The position numbers and the translations under genes were made by a program. From Candidatus Omnitrophota bacterium (GTDB lineage: Bacteria > Omnitrophota > Gorgyraeia > Zapsychrales > Aceulaceae): 64,000 bases of DNA. The stretch lies in contig JAKQPK010000013.1 in assembly GCA_029564765.1 (NCBI GenBank), positions 125,753 through 189,752 of the forward strand, written 5' to 3'. Below are positions 47,877-57,928 of the stretch, one piece after another (position 1 is the stretch's first letter; every line of letters begins with the position of its first letter). The notes under the pieces are model-generated. The model saw nothing but the letters and a program-made list of their open reading frames with translations. It ran no database searches and was not told where the DNA came from.

Positions 47877-48514
47877 TGATCTATTTTCTTATCGGCTTAG
47901 ATCACGCCGCCAAAGAGCAGAAGATCGCTGACATCAAAGCCAAAGCCCTCCTTTCAGCGGAAGCCCTTTCCTTTGACCATCAAATCTTGCATGGATATCG
48001 TTTAGACCGCGATGAATTACAAAAAGCGTTGATCGCGCTTCCTGTTGTTTCCAAGTCGCGCGTTGTCCTTATTCGGCAGGCGAATGAACTGACAGCCAAA
48101 CACAAAGAGCTCATCTTAAAAGCTGATAAAGCTTTCCCGCAAGGGTTGATCCTGATCCTGGACGCGGATGCGATGGATGAAAAAAGTTCTTGGTTCCAGA
48201 AAGGAAATGGCGTTCAACTGCTTTCTTTTAAGCCACGGACACAGCATAATGTTTTTGACCTGATGCGAGAAGTCGTGGCAGGCCGTCAGGCCAGGGCGCT
48301 GGAACTCCTTGATGAACTTCTTAAGAACGGTGAGATGCCGACCATGATCATAGGCGGAATGGTTTGGTCATGGAAAAAAGAGCGCAGCAAAATGCCCTTG
48401 CAAAAATTTTTACAAGGGCTTTTAGCGTTCCAACAAGCGGATTTTCGTGTTAAACGAAGTCAAATGCGGCCGGAATACACTCTTGAGATGCTGGTCGTTA
48501 AGCTTTCTTCGTAA
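47876..48514 (+). CDS. holA: DNA polymerase III delta subunit-like protein (short)
   Basis: The N-terminal 'MIYFLIGLDHAAKEQKI' resembles the HolA start ('MIYLLYGEE..L'). 'VVLIRQANEL' resembles the HolA clamp-loader region. At 212 aa it is shorter than canonical HolA. Confidence 0.4.
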   Translation: MIYFLIGLDHAAKEQKIADIKAKALLSAEALSFDHQILHGYRLDRDELQKALIALPVVSKSRVVLIRQANELTAKHKELILKADKAFPQGLILILDADAMDEKSSWFQKGNGVQLLSFKPRTQHNVFDLMREVVAGRQARALELLDELLKNGEMPTMIIGGMVWSWKKERSKMPLQKFLQGLLAFQQADFRVKRSQMRPEYTLEMLVVKLSS

Positions 48515-48761
48515 GAAGGCGGCTATAGTAGGATTTGCGGCGTGAGGCGGTGTTTTTCTTCAAGAGGCCTACTTTGGCAGCTTTATCGATCTTTTTGTAG
48601 ACAGCTGTGAGTAATGATTTGGCTTCTTGGGTCTTTTTGGCCTCGATAGCTGTTGTGAAGCTTTTGACGGTCTTGCGCAACTCTGTTTTGATATCGAGAT
48701 TATGTAAACGGCGTTTGTGAGTTAGTCGTAACTCTTGAATACCAGAACGTCTTTGGGGCAT
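48498..48761 (-). CDS. rpsT: 30S ribosomal protein S20
   Basis: Only the C-terminal 87 codons of the 219-aa track ORF are real: 'MPQRRSGIQELRLTHKRRLHNLDIKTELRKTVKSFTTAIEAKK...KNTASRRKSYYSRLL' matches bS20. The ATG is at 48761. Confidence 0.8.
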   Translation of the reverse strand: MPQRRSGIQELRLTHKRRLHNLDIKTELRKTVKSFTTAIEAKKTQEAKSLLTAVYKKIDKAAKVGLLKKNTASRRKSYYSRLLTKKA

Positions 48762-48813
48762 AAACTTGATCCTTTCTTTTCCAAGTGAGCCAATATAGCA
48801 GAGAGAAAAGTGT

Positions 48814-50382
48814 ATGTCAACTAATAAATATTCCAAACATGACAGCAACCAGGGGATCCTTAAGACGACGTCCGTTCTTTCTTTAGGGACCTTAAGCTCT
48901 CGCGTTCTGGGCTTTGTCCGGGACATGATCTTGGCGAAATTCCTGGGAACAAGCTTCCGAGCGGATGCTTTTTTTGTCGCTTTTCGCATCCCTAATCTCT
49001 TTAGGGATATTTTGGGGGAAGGGGGAATGAATTCCTCGGTCGTTCCGGTCATCGCGGAGTACGCCCAAAAGGATAAAAAAGATCTCATGGTCTTTTTGAA
49101 CGCGGTCTTTGTTCTGTTAATGATGGCCTTAAGCCTTTTGACGGTCGTTGGGATCATTCTTGCCCCTGTGATCGTTCGCCTGATCGCGCCCGGTTTTATG
49201 GAAGACCCGGAAAAGTTGCAGTTGACGATCCGGTTGACCCGTATTATGTTCCCGTACCTTATTCTGATCGGTTTGACCGCCTATGGCATGGGTGTCTTGT
49301 TCGTCTTTCGCTCTTTTATGATACCGGCATTCAGCCCATGTCTTTTGAATGTGTCGATCATCACAAGCGCTTTGATCGCGGTGAAGCTGCCGGTAGACCA
49401 GGTCTTTTGCCTGGCTGGTGGTGTTTTGTTCGGTGGTGTGTTGCAGTTGGGCGCCCACATTGTTCCGATCCTGCGTCAAGGGGTCCGCCTAAGGATCCCG
49501 CGCGTCTTGGACCATCCCGGGGTTCGGCAGGTGGGACGGCTGATCGTTCCACGATTGTTTGGTTCCGCGGTCTATCAACTGTCCGTTTTTGTGGATACCT
49601 TTTGCGCTTCCTTATCTTCCGTTGTCGGGCTTGGCGGGATCTCAGCCATTTATTACGCGAACCGCATTTTGCAGTTTCCCATGTCGATCTTTGGGATCGC
49701 CATTGCTTCCGCGATCCTTCCGACCTTATCTGGTTTCGCGGCAGGCCAGAACATGGAAGAATTCCGGCGGACACTGATCTTTGCCTTGAAAAGTATTTTG
49801 CTTGTCATGATGCCGATGGCGGTATTCTTGGTCCTTTTCGCGACGCCGATCGTGCGCCTTTTGTTCGAGCGGGGAGCGTTCGACGCATACTCCACGGCCA
49901 TTACAGCGCAGGCGTTGTTGTTCTTTGCCCTTGGCCTTTTTTGGTTTGCGGGGGCGAAGATCCTGGTAACCGCGTTCCATTCGCTGCAAGACACAGCCAC
50001 CCCGGCAAAGGTGGCGGCGCTGTGTTTGCTGGTGAACGCCGCCCTTAATTTTATCTTAATGGGCCCGCTGAAGGTTGGCGGCATCGCCTTGGCGAGCGCG
50101 ATCTCATCGGGGATCAACTTTTTTGTTCTGTTGAGCATTTTAAGTGATCGCCTTAAGGGGCTTGGCGACGGGCTTTTGGAGTACAGCAGCAAGGTCTTCC
50201 TTTCCGCGATCGTAATGGGCGGGGCTTGTTATTTGTTGTGGCATTATTTGGCGATCGCGCAGGAACTCGTGCGGTTGATCATTGTCACCGCTATGGGCGT
50301 GATCATATTCTTTCAGATGTGCGCTATCTTTAGGATCCAACAAGCGCAAAGGATCCTCGCATGGATATTAAGACGGCCGTAA
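48814..50382 (+). CDS. murJ: lipid II flippase MurJ (MviN)
   Basis: 'LSLGTLSSRVLGFVRDMILAKFLGTS...DAFFVAFRIPNLFRDILGEG' is the conserved MurJ N-terminus. 14 TM helices. Confidence 0.85.
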   Translation: MSTNKYSKHDSNQGILKTTSVLSLGTLSSRVLGFVRDMILAKFLGTSFRADAFFVAFRIPNLFRDILGEGGMNSSVVPVIAEYAQKDKKDLMVFLNAVFVLLMMALSLLTVVGIILAPVIVRLIAPGFMEDPEKLQLTIRLTRIMFPYLILIGLTAYGMGVLFVFRSFMIPAFSPCLLNVSIITSALIAVKLPVDQVFCLAGGVLFGGVLQLGAHIVPILRQGVRLRIPRVLDHPGVRQVGRLIVPRLFGSAVYQLSVFVDTFCASLSSVVGLGGISAIYYANRILQFPMSIFGIAIASAILPTLSGFAAGQNMEEFRRTLIFALKSILLVMMPMAVFLVLFATPIVRLLFERGAFDAYSTAITAQALLFFALGLFWFAGAKILVTAFHSLQDTATPAKVAALCLLVNAALNFILMGPLKVGGIALASAISSGINFFVLLSILSDRLKGLGDGLLEYSSKVFLSAIVMGGACYLLWHYLAIAQELVRLIIVTAMGVIIFFQMCAIFRIQQAQRILAWILRRP

Positions 50383-51605
50383 AACAATTGCCGCTCACTA
50401 GCGGTGTCTATCTGATGAAGGACGCTAGCGGGCGTATTATTTATATTGGCAAAGCGGTGTCGTTGCGCAAGCGTGTGCAGTCTTATTTTCGCAAAACCGC
50501 TCATCCGATCTCAAAGACAGATTCTTTGGTCGCGGATATTCGCTCGATCGACCATATCGTAGTCGCCAGCGAAGCCGAGGCGCTGCTGCTGGAAGCCAGC
50601 CTGATCAAGAAATATCAACCCAAATATAATGTTGACCTTCGGGATGACAAAAGCTACCCATCGATCATGATCAGTGATGAGGCCTATCCGCGGATCGCGG
50701 TCGTGCGGCCGCGGTCACAAGGCAAAGAAAAGATCCTTGGAAGGCTGTTCGGTCCGTACGTGGACGCGAAGCTGATCCGCGAGGCATTGACGATCATCCG
50801 TCGGATCTTTCATTATCGGGTGTGCCCGCGGATGCCTCAGAAGCCTTGTCTGGATCATCATATCGGGCTTTGTGACGCGCCTTGCGTTGAGAATATCAGC
50901 GTAAAAGAATATCGAAAGGTCATCCGTCATGTTGTTTGTATCCTGGAAGGGCGCAAAGATGAACTTTACAAGGATCTGCATGAAGAGATGGCGTTGTGCG
51001 TACGCGTCAAAGATTTTGAAAGGGCCGCTGTTATCCGAGATCAGATCCGGGCGATCGGCGCTTTGTATTCAGGAACGAAAGATATTAATTATTTTAAGGA
51101 AGCAGAGCAGTTGCAGCGTGCTTTGAGTTTGCCGAAAGCCCCTGAGCGTATTGAAGCCTTTGATATATCTAACATCATGGGTGCGTACGCGGTCGGGTCC
51201 ATGGTGTCGTTCTTTAATGGCCAGCCGGATAAAAAGAATTATCGGCGTTTTCGCATCAAAGACATCTCCGGCGCCGATGATCCCGCGATGATCGCGCAGG
51301 TCGTGCGTCGGCGCTATAAAAGGCTCAAGGATGAGGGCGCTTTGTTCCCGGACCTGATCCTCATTGACGGCGGCAAGGGACAGCTGTCAGCGGCGCATCA
51401 AGAACTGCAGAAATTACAGATCACGATCCCTTTGATCTCCTTAGCCAAGCGCGAGGAAGAGATCTTTGTCCCGCAGCGAAAAAGATCGATCGTTTTGCCT
51501 AAGGATTCATTAGGGCTGAAGATGTTGCAACGCGTTCGGGATGAAGCACATCGCTTTGCCGTCAGCTATCATCGATCGTTACGCGATAAGAGCGCGTTAA
51601 AGTGA
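50361..51605 (+). CDS. uvrC: excinuclease ABC subunit C homologue lacking the C-terminal HhH domain (414 aa)
   Basis: GIY-YIG 'GVYLMKDASGRIIYIGKAVSLRKRVQSYF', UVR domain 'FERAAVIRDQIRAI', and the RNase H-like endonuclease domain 'IEAFDISNIMG...VGSMVSFFNG.PDKKNYRRFRIKD'. The ORF ends before any HhH region. Confidence 0.7.
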   Translation: MDIKTAVKQLPLTSGVYLMKDASGRIIYIGKAVSLRKRVQSYFRKTAHPISKTDSLVADIRSIDHIVVASEAEALLLEASLIKKYQPKYNVDLRDDKSYPSIMISDEAYPRIAVVRPRSQGKEKILGRLFGPYVDAKLIREALTIIRRIFHYRVCPRMPQKPCLDHHIGLCDAPCVENISVKEYRKVIRHVVCILEGRKDELYKDLHEEMALCVRVKDFERAAVIRDQIRAIGALYSGTKDINYFKEAEQLQRALSLPKAPERIEAFDISNIMGAYAVGSMVSFFNGQPDKKNYRRFRIKDISGADDPAMIAQVVRRRYKRLKDEGALFPDLILIDGGKGQLSAAHQELQKLQITIPLISLAKREEEIFVPQRKRSIVLPKDSLGLKMLQRVRDEAHRFAVSYHRSLRDKSALK

Positions 51606-51606
51606 C

Positions 51607-51900
51607 ATGACAAAGAAAAGGCCTCTGACAAATTTTCAGGTTAAGGTTTTGCGCGCCGTCAGCCAGATCCCTTTGGGGCAGACGCGTTCGTATGCCTGGG
51701 TCGCGCGCAAGATCGGGCGCCCTAAGTCCGCGCGCGCGGTGGGGCAGGCGCTTAACAAGAACCCTTATCTTCTTTTGATCCCTTGTCATCGCGTTGTTCA
51801 TCAGGATGGTTCTCTGGGCGGTTTTGCCTTGGGTGTGAAAACGAAAAAAGCGCTTCTTGAGCTTGAACAGAGGATCGCCAAGCAATTTTCTGGAAAATAA
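51607..51900 (+). CDS. methylated-DNA-protein-cysteine methyltransferase catalytic domain only (97 aa)
   Basis: 'IPCHRVVHQDGSLGGF' contains the PCHRV active-site cysteine motif of Ogt/Ada. No N-terminal domain is present. Confidence 0.7.
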   Translation: MTKKRPLTNFQVKVLRAVSQIPLGQTRSYAWVARKIGRPKSARAVGQALNKNPYLLLIPCHRVVHQDGSLGGFALGVKTKKALLELEQRIAKQFSGK

Positions 51901-51977
51901 TTTTTTCAAAGGGTTTTTTAAGGTAGAATAATTTCGTCGACAGCCTTTAACTTACTTGACTACGGAAGGACAACAGC

Positions 51978-53066
51978 ATGAAACTTCAGAAATATTTTAA
52001 GATCATGGCAGAGCGTGAGGCTTCAGACCTGTTCTTGTCAACCAATACCGAGCCGCGCGCGCGTATCCATGGCGCGGTGCATTTTTTGTGCGACGAAAAG
52101 GTCGCGCGTCAAGACATGGATGAATTGATCAGCGCGATCCTGCCAGAGGCTTCCAAGCGTGAACATTATCATAAGAATTGGGATATTGATTTTATCTATG
52201 TGGATCCAGATGTGGGGCGTTTTCGTATCAGCCTTTTTTGCCAGCGGGCGAATCCAGCTCTTGTTGCCAGATATGTGCGCAACCAAACAAAAACATTTCA
52301 GGAGCTTGGGCTTCCAGTCGAGTTGTTCGAAAGCTTCGCGCAGGAACCGCGCGGCCTGATCCTCACGTGCGGCCCAGCCGGCAACGGAAAGACCACCTCG
52401 ATCGCGAGCATGATTGATCATATTAATGAGCGCCAGGAAAAGCATATCATCACGCTCGAAGATCCTATCGAATATTTGTTCAAGAATAAAAAGAGCATGG
52501 TCAATCAGCGCGAGCTGGGGATCGATTTTCATTCGTACCCGACGGCTTTACGGCACGCGACCCAGCAAAGCCCGGACATTTTGTTCATTGGGACGATTCG
52601 TGATGAAGACACGATGCGCGCCGCTTTGCAGGCAGCTGAGCTTGGGACCCTTGTCCTGGCGACATTCCACACTAACAACGCTGTTCAGACCGTAGAGCGT
52701 ATCGTTAACTTTTTTCCCCCACATTTGCATTTAGAGGTCAGCCTGCAGCTCTCTTTACTTCTGAAGGGGACGATCTCGTTACGCTTACTCGCGCGCAAGG
52801 ATGGAACAGGGCGCGTACCTGCTTATGAGTCCATGGTCGTGACACCCACGATCGCGCGCCTTATCAGGGAACAGAAGCCAAGAGAGATCCAGACCTTTAT
52901 TGATGATGGCAAGCTTTTCGGTATGAAATCATTCAAACAAACATTAGCCCAGCTTGTCAAAGAGGGGGCCGTGGAAGAAGAGACCGCTCGGATCGCTTCA
53001 GACAGTCGTGATGAATTCAACTTAGAGCTTCGCGGTCTACGCAGTATTTCACGGCGGTCAACTTAA
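51978..53066 (+). CDS. pilT: type IV pilus retraction ATPase PilT/PilU family
   Basis: Walker A 'GPAGNGKTTS', 'ITLEDPIEY', the Asp box and His box ('TFHTNNA') are present. Length is 362 aa. Confidence 0.8.
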   Translation: MKLQKYFKIMAEREASDLFLSTNTEPRARIHGAVHFLCDEKVARQDMDELISAILPEASKREHYHKNWDIDFIYVDPDVGRFRISLFCQRANPALVARYVRNQTKTFQELGLPVELFESFAQEPRGLILTCGPAGNGKTTSIASMIDHINERQEKHIITLEDPIEYLFKNKKSMVNQRELGIDFHSYPTALRHATQQSPDILFIGTIRDEDTMRAALQAAELGTLVLATFHTNNAVQTVERIVNFFPPHLHLEVSLQLSLLLKGTISLRLLARKDGTGRVPAYESMVVTPTIARLIREQKPREIQTFIDDGKLFGMKSFKQTLAQLVKEGAVEEETARIASDSRDEFNLELRGLRSISRRST

Positions 53067-53085
53067 AAGTATCACAAGAGAGGAA

Positions 53086-53727
53086 GTGACCATGTGGGGA
53101 CGGATAACAGCTGAACTTAAAGATCACGCGCCTTTCACGTTGTTCGGCGCCTTGACCGGGATCCTGTTAATGATGGTCTTTCGTGATGTGCCTCATGAGA
53201 CCGCGCACACATTGTTCTATATTTTTCATCCGCTGCATATTTGCTTGAGCGCTGTTGTTACCGCGGCCTTATACAAGAAATATTTTGCCGGACAGAAGCC
53301 TGGCGTGAGCATGTTCTTAAAAGTTTTGGCGGTGGGGTATGTCGGCTCCGTGACCGTCGGGACCATTAGTGATTCTGTGATCCCTTTTTGGGGCGAGGTC
53401 TTGCTTGATATGCCGCATCGGCACGCGCATATTGGATTTATCGATAAGTGGTGGCTGATCAATCCGCTGGCCGTTGCCGCGATCGTGATCGGCTATTATA
53501 AACCGATAACAAAATTTCCTCACGCAGGGCACGTATTGATTAGTACGTGGGCTTCATTGTTCCATATGCTGATGGCCTCTGATCATGGGCATGCAGTGCC
53601 GTATTTTGGTATATTCATCTTTTTGTTCCTGGCCGTGTGGATCCCTTGCTGTTTTAGCGATATTATTTTTCCGTTATTGTTCGTGCGAGGAAAAGACTTT
53701 CCTTGTTCCTGCGGGCATCATGGCTGA
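53086..53727 (+). CDS. histidine-rich polytopic membrane protein (possible metal transporter)
   Basis: Several TM helices each carry His pairs ('HETAH', 'HPLH', 'HRHAH', 'HAGH', 'DHGHAVPY'). The C-terminus is 'CSCGHHG'. No family assignment. Confidence 0.35.
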   Translation: MTMWGRITAELKDHAPFTLFGALTGILLMMVFRDVPHETAHTLFYIFHPLHICLSAVVTAALYKKYFAGQKPGVSMFLKVLAVGYVGSVTVGTISDSVIPFWGEVLLDMPHRHAHIGFIDKWWLINPLAVAAIVIGYYKPITKFPHAGHVLISTWASLFHMLMASDHGHAVPYFGIFIFLFLAVWIPCCFSDIIFPLLFVRGKDFPCSCGHHG

Positions 53728-53845
53728 CCGTTTAGGACGATCTTTCGCTGATCACTACCGTTGGACAAAAAATTGTAAATCCTTTCGATTGTGTTATAAT
53801 ACACATCACTTTGTTTCCCTATAATATTAATATTTATATTTTCTA

Positions 53846-54932
53846 ATGATAGACGAGATCAATAAGCATATTCAACGTTTGGAAAAGAGATTCCACGAAC
53901 TTCGGGGGTTTCTTTGACCTGTCCACGAAGATCCGATCCATAGAGCAGATCCAAGAGCAGATGGCCTCGCCAAATTTTTGGGACAATACGGCTCATGCGA
54001 ACAAGCTGATGCGTGAACTGAAAGTATTGAAAAATACGGTCGAGCCTTTTGATGTGGGCCTGGCCAAGCTCGATGAGCTTAAAGAGTTCGCGATGATCGC
54101 CGCCGAAGATACGGTTTTGTTGCAGCAGATCCAACAGAGCCTTCAGGCCCTTGAGCAGACAGTTGACCAACTTGAGGTGCAGACACTTTTGAGCGGAGAG
54201 TTCGATCATAATAACGCGCTGCTGAGCATTAACGCGGGTGCTGGCGGGACAGAGTCTTGTGATTGGGCCAGCATGTTGTTGCGGATGTATACGCGCTGGG
54301 CGGACGACAAGCAATTCAAGGTAAATATGATCGATGTTTTACCTGGCGAAGAAGCGGGGATCAAAAACGTAACACTGCGTATTTCCGGTGATATGGCCTA
54401 TGGGCTTTTAAAATCTGAAAAAGGCGTGCATCGTTTGGTGCGTATATCGCCTTTTGACGCGAACAAACGTCGCCACACATCTTTTGCTTCGGTCGATGTG
54501 ATCCCTGAGGTTGAGGATGATATCGATATCCAGATCAATCCTGAGGAATTGCGCATCGATGTTTACCGCGCCTCAGGGCCCGGCGGACAAGGTGTTAACA
54601 CGACGGATTCCGCCGTGCGGATCACGCATATCCCCACAGGGACCGTTGTCCAGTGTCAGAGCGAACGCTCGCAGCTACAGAACAAAGAGACCGCGATGAA
54701 GGTCTTGCGCGCCAAGCTTTATGAGCAAAAGGAAAAAGAACAACAGGACCGTATGGCCAGCGAGTATGGAGAAAAGCAAAAGATCGAATGGGGAAGTCAG
54801 ATCCGTTCCTATGTTTTTCAGCCCTATTGCATGGTCAAAGACCATCGCACGGATGTGGAAGAAGGTAATGTCGCCAAGGTAATGGACGGCCATCTCGATA
54901 CGTTCATTGAGGCTTATTTAAAAAGGAAATAA
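53846..54932 (+). CDS. prfB: peptide chain release factor 2 with a programmed +1 ribosomal frameshift (join 53846..53914, 53916..54932)
   Basis: Frame 0 encodes '[23 protein letters not shown]' then an in-frame TGA at 53915-53917, inside the classical 'AGG GGG xxT CTT TGA C' shift site (here CGG GGG TTT CTT TGA CCT). The +1 frame continues '[11 protein letters not shown]...' into the 323-aa RF2 body, which has the SPF and GGQ motifs. Confidence 0.85.
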
Positions 54933-54937
54933 TTTTT

Positions 54938-57925
54938 ATGTGGAAAATGTTTTTTGGGAAAACCATCATTCGTCAGGTGCAAAAGCATATTGACCGTCTT
55001 GAGCCGAAAGTGAACATTCAGCTTCCGATGGACCTGCCTTTGTCTTCGATCGGCTTGGTCAAAAAAATGGCGGCTCTCGTCGCTAAGGTTAACGCGCTCG
55101 AATCCCAGGTCCAGGCCCTCAGCGACGCGCAATTACGGTCAAAGACCCAAGAATTTCAACAGCGTATCCGCCAGGGGACATCGTTGGCGCAGCAAGAGTT
55201 GGATACGCTTATCCAGCAGCATCGCGAAGAAAAAGACCAGCAGACCCGTGAATCCTTGATCAACGAGATCGACCGTGCTAAGAAAAACCTTTTTGACCAG
55301 CGCGAAAAAGCGCTCGATGAGATCCTGCCGGAAGCCTTCGCGATCGTCCGGGAAGCGAGCCGCCGCACGATCGGCCTGCGGCATTTTGATATTCAATTGT
55401 TAGGCGGCATGATCTTGCATAAAGGCAACATCGCTGAAATGGCCACGGGAGAAGGAAAGACATTGGTGGCGACATTGCCGGCGTACTTGAACGCTTTGAC
55501 AGGCAAGGGCGTGCATGTTGTGACCGTCAACGATTACCTCGCGCGCCGCGACAGGGACTGGATGGGGCCTGTGTATGAATTCTTAGGCTTGAGCGTCGGC
55601 GTTATCCAGCATGAAAAACATCCCAGGGAACGCCAATGTGATTACGGTTGCGATATTACTTATGGCACGAATAATGAATTTGGGTTCGATTATTTGCGCG
55701 ACAATATGGTGAGTTTTAAGGAAGAGATGGTGCAGCGCGGCCATTATTTCGCGATCGTGGATGAGGTTGACAGCATTTTGATCGACGAGGCGCGCACACC
55801 TTTGATCATTTCCGGCCCTGCCGAGGAATCCACCGATAAGTATTATACGGCCAATGGTATCGCCAAACAGTTAAAAGGCCGGCGCATCACGGAAAAAGAA
55901 GAGATCGACGCGAAATATAAAGGCCAGGACCTTTCTGTCGGCTTTGATTATGTGGCCGACGAAAAGGCGAGATCGATCTCGATGACCGAGCAAGGTGAGT
56001 CAAAAGCGGCACGCATGTTTGGCGTTGACAATTTGCATGATATGGAAACGATCGAGTATCGACACCACATTCTGCAGGCATTGAAGGCCAGAGAGTTCTT
56101 TAAAGTCGATGTGGATTATGTTGTGCGGGACGGGCAGGTCATTATCGTTGATGAGTTTACGGGGCGTATGATGCCGGGCCGCCGATGGTCAGACGGGCTG
56201 CATCAGGCGGTTGAGGCCAAAGAAGGCATTAAGATCGAACGCGAGAATCAGACCCTGGCGACGGTCACTTTTCAGAATTATTTTCGTATGTATGAAAAAC
56301 TTTCGGGGATGACCGGTACCGCCTTTACTGAAGCCAATGAGTTCAAGCAGATCTATAAAGTGGATTGCGTCGTTTTGCCGACGAACAGGATCTTGCAGCG
56401 GAAAAATCATCCTGATTGTATCTATAAGACAGAACATGAGAAATTTAACGCGGTCGTTGCTGAGATCGCTGAGCTGCACAAGAACGGTCAGCCGGTCCTG
56501 GTCGGTACGATCTCGATCGAGCGATCCGAACTGTTATCGCAAATGCTTAAGCAGCGCGGTATCGAACATCAGGTGTTGAACGCTAAATATCATGACCTGG
56601 AAGCGCATATCGTCGCGCAAGCGGGACGCTACAAGGCTGTTACGATCGCCACGAACATGGCTGGCCGCGGGACGGATATCGTCCTTGGCGGCAATGCCGA
56701 GTATTTAGCGCGAAGTTTCGCGGAGAATATCGCCAAGCAAGAGAAACAAGGCGAAAAGGATCCAGACAATAAGGACGCGTATAAAGAATTTCTGGATCGT
56801 TTCCGCAAGCAGGTCGCTGAAGAGCATGAGAAGGTGGTTGCCGCCGGAGGTTTGCATGTTTTGGGCACGGAAAGGCATGAATCGAGACGTATCGATAATC
56901 AGCTGCGCGGCCGTTCAGGCCGTCAAGGTGACCCGGGATCGTCGCGTTTCTATGTTTCCCTGCAGGATGAGCTGATGCGGCTTTTTGGCTCGGACCGAAT
57001 GATGGGCTTGATGAACACCTTGGGTATGGAAGAAGGCCAGGTCATTGAACATCCTTGGGTCTCGCGCGCCATTGAGATCGCTCAAAAACGCGTGGAAACC
57101 CATAACTTTGAGATCCGCAAACAGCTTCTTGAATACGACAACGTTATGAACCGTCAGCGTGAGGTCATCTACGCGATGCGCCGTTCGATCCTCGAAGGAG
57201 AAGATATCAAAGAGCGCATTTTGGATGCTTTGGACGCCGCGATCCGAGAGATGGTGGCACAGTATCTTTTTGCCAACGGCGATCAAGGGCAGTGGGATGT
57301 GGAAGGGCTTAAGGCGTCTTTAAAAAGTGTTTTTGGTTTTGACGTGACACCTTTTAAAGAAGATCTCCCGCAGATGGGCCAGCCTCAGATCGAGGACCTG
57401 CTGTATGAAAAGATCCTCGCGCTTTATCAGGCGCGGGAGCAGATCGTCGACCCGCAAGCTATTCGGGGCCTGGAGCGCATGGTCCTGCTGCAGACGATCG
57501 ATACAAAATGGAAAGACCATCTTTATGCCATGGATCAGCTCAAGGAGGGGATCGGCTTGCGAGCTTTCGCCCATCGTGATCCCTTGGTTGAATATCAGCA
57601 TGAAGCATTCGGGATGTTCGAATCGATGTATGATTCTATTATGAGGGAAGTTGTCGAAACGGTCTTCAAGGTAGAACCTGTGGCCGAGCCTCGGAGAGTG
57701 CGCGGCGTTTTCTCGTCCTTGCCGCAACAATTCGTTCACGCGCAGCATTCCAGCCTTTCCGCGGCGCCCGCGGCAGATCCAAGTCAACCATTGCCCCAGC
57801 AGGCACGGCAAGCCCCATCCGCCCATCCGCAAAGGCGTGCTATGGAAAAGGTCGGGCGCAACGATCCGTGTCCATGCGGCAGTGGAAAAAAATATAAGAA
57901 ATGCTGCGGTCAGAGCGCGTCTTGA
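54938..57925 (+). CDS. secA: preprotein translocase ATPase SecA
   Basis: Walker A '[13 protein letters not shown]', DEAD-like '[20 protein letters not shown]', and the C-terminal zinc-binding '[14 protein letters not shown]'. Length is 995 aa. Confidence 0.95.
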   Translation: MWKMFFGKTIIRQVQKHIDRLEPKVNIQLPMDLPLSSIGLVKKMAALVAKVNALESQVQALSDAQLRSKTQEFQQRIRQGTSLAQQELDTLIQQHREEKDQQTRESLINEIDRAKKNLFDQREKALDEILPEAFAIVREASRRTIGLRHFDIQLLGGMILHKGNIAEMATGEGKTLVATLPAYLNALTGKGVHVVTVNDYLARRDRDWMGPVYEFLGLSVGVIQHEKHPRERQCDYGCDITYGTNNEFGFDYLRDNMVSFKEEMVQRGHYFAIVDEVDSILIDEARTPLIISGPAEESTDKYYTANGIAKQLKGRRITEKEEIDAKYKGQDLSVGFDYVADEKARSISMTEQGESKAARMFGVDNLHDMETIEYRHHILQALKAREFFKVDVDYVVRDGQVIIVDEFTGRMMPGRRWSDGLHQAVEAKEGIKIERENQTLATVTFQNYFRMYEKLSGMTGTAFTEANEFKQIYKVDCVVLPTNRILQRKNHPDCIYKTEHEKFNAVVAEIAELHKNGQPVLVGTISIERSELLSQMLKQRGIEHQVLNAKYHDLEAHIVAQAGRYKAVTIATNMAGRGTDIVLGGNAEYLARSFAENIAKQEKQGEKDPDNKDAYKEFLDRFRKQVAEEHEKVVAAGGLHVLGTERHESRRIDNQLRGRSGRQGDPGSSRFYVSLQDELMRLFGSDRMMGLMNTLGMEEGQVIEHPWVSRAIEIAQKRVETHNFEIRKQLLEYDNVMNRQREVIYAMRRSILEGEDIKERILDALDAAIREMVAQYLFANGDQGQWDVEGLKASLKSVFGFDVTPFKEDLPQMGQPQIEDLLYEKILALYQAREQIVDPQAIRGLERMVLLQTIDTKWKDHLYAMDQLKEGIGLRAFAHRDPLVEYQHEAFGMFESMYDSIMREVVETVFKVEPVAEPRRVRGVFSSLPQQFVHAQHSSLSAAPAADPSQPLPQQARQAPSAHPQRRAMEKVGRNDPCPCGSGKKYKKCCGQSAS

Positions 57926-57928
57926 TCC

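Noticed and set aside
48762-49157. Upstream two-thirds of the 219-aa minus-strand ORF that contains rpsT
   Set aside because: Only the C-terminal 87 codons match bS20. The rest is antisense to the start of murJ and has no RBS context, so rpsT was trimmed to 48498-48761.
49129-50192. Cluster of long overlapping ORFs on both strands inside murJ (49129-49479 -, 49338-50048 +, 49361-49774 -, 49653-50192 -, 49726-49989 -)
   Set aside because: They are entirely contained in the well-supported murJ frame. They are Arg/Pro/Gly-rich, as expected from alternative frames of GC-rich membrane-protein DNA. No independent signals are present.
52038-52532. 164-aa minus-strand ORF inside pilT
   Set aside because: Antisense to a gene with Walker A, Asp-box and His-box motifs.
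53961-54932. prfB annotated as a stand-alone ORF starting at Met 53961
   Set aside because: That would remove the conserved RF2 N-terminus. The upstream 23-codon ORF plus the CTT-TGA-C shift site gives the canonical frameshifted gene.
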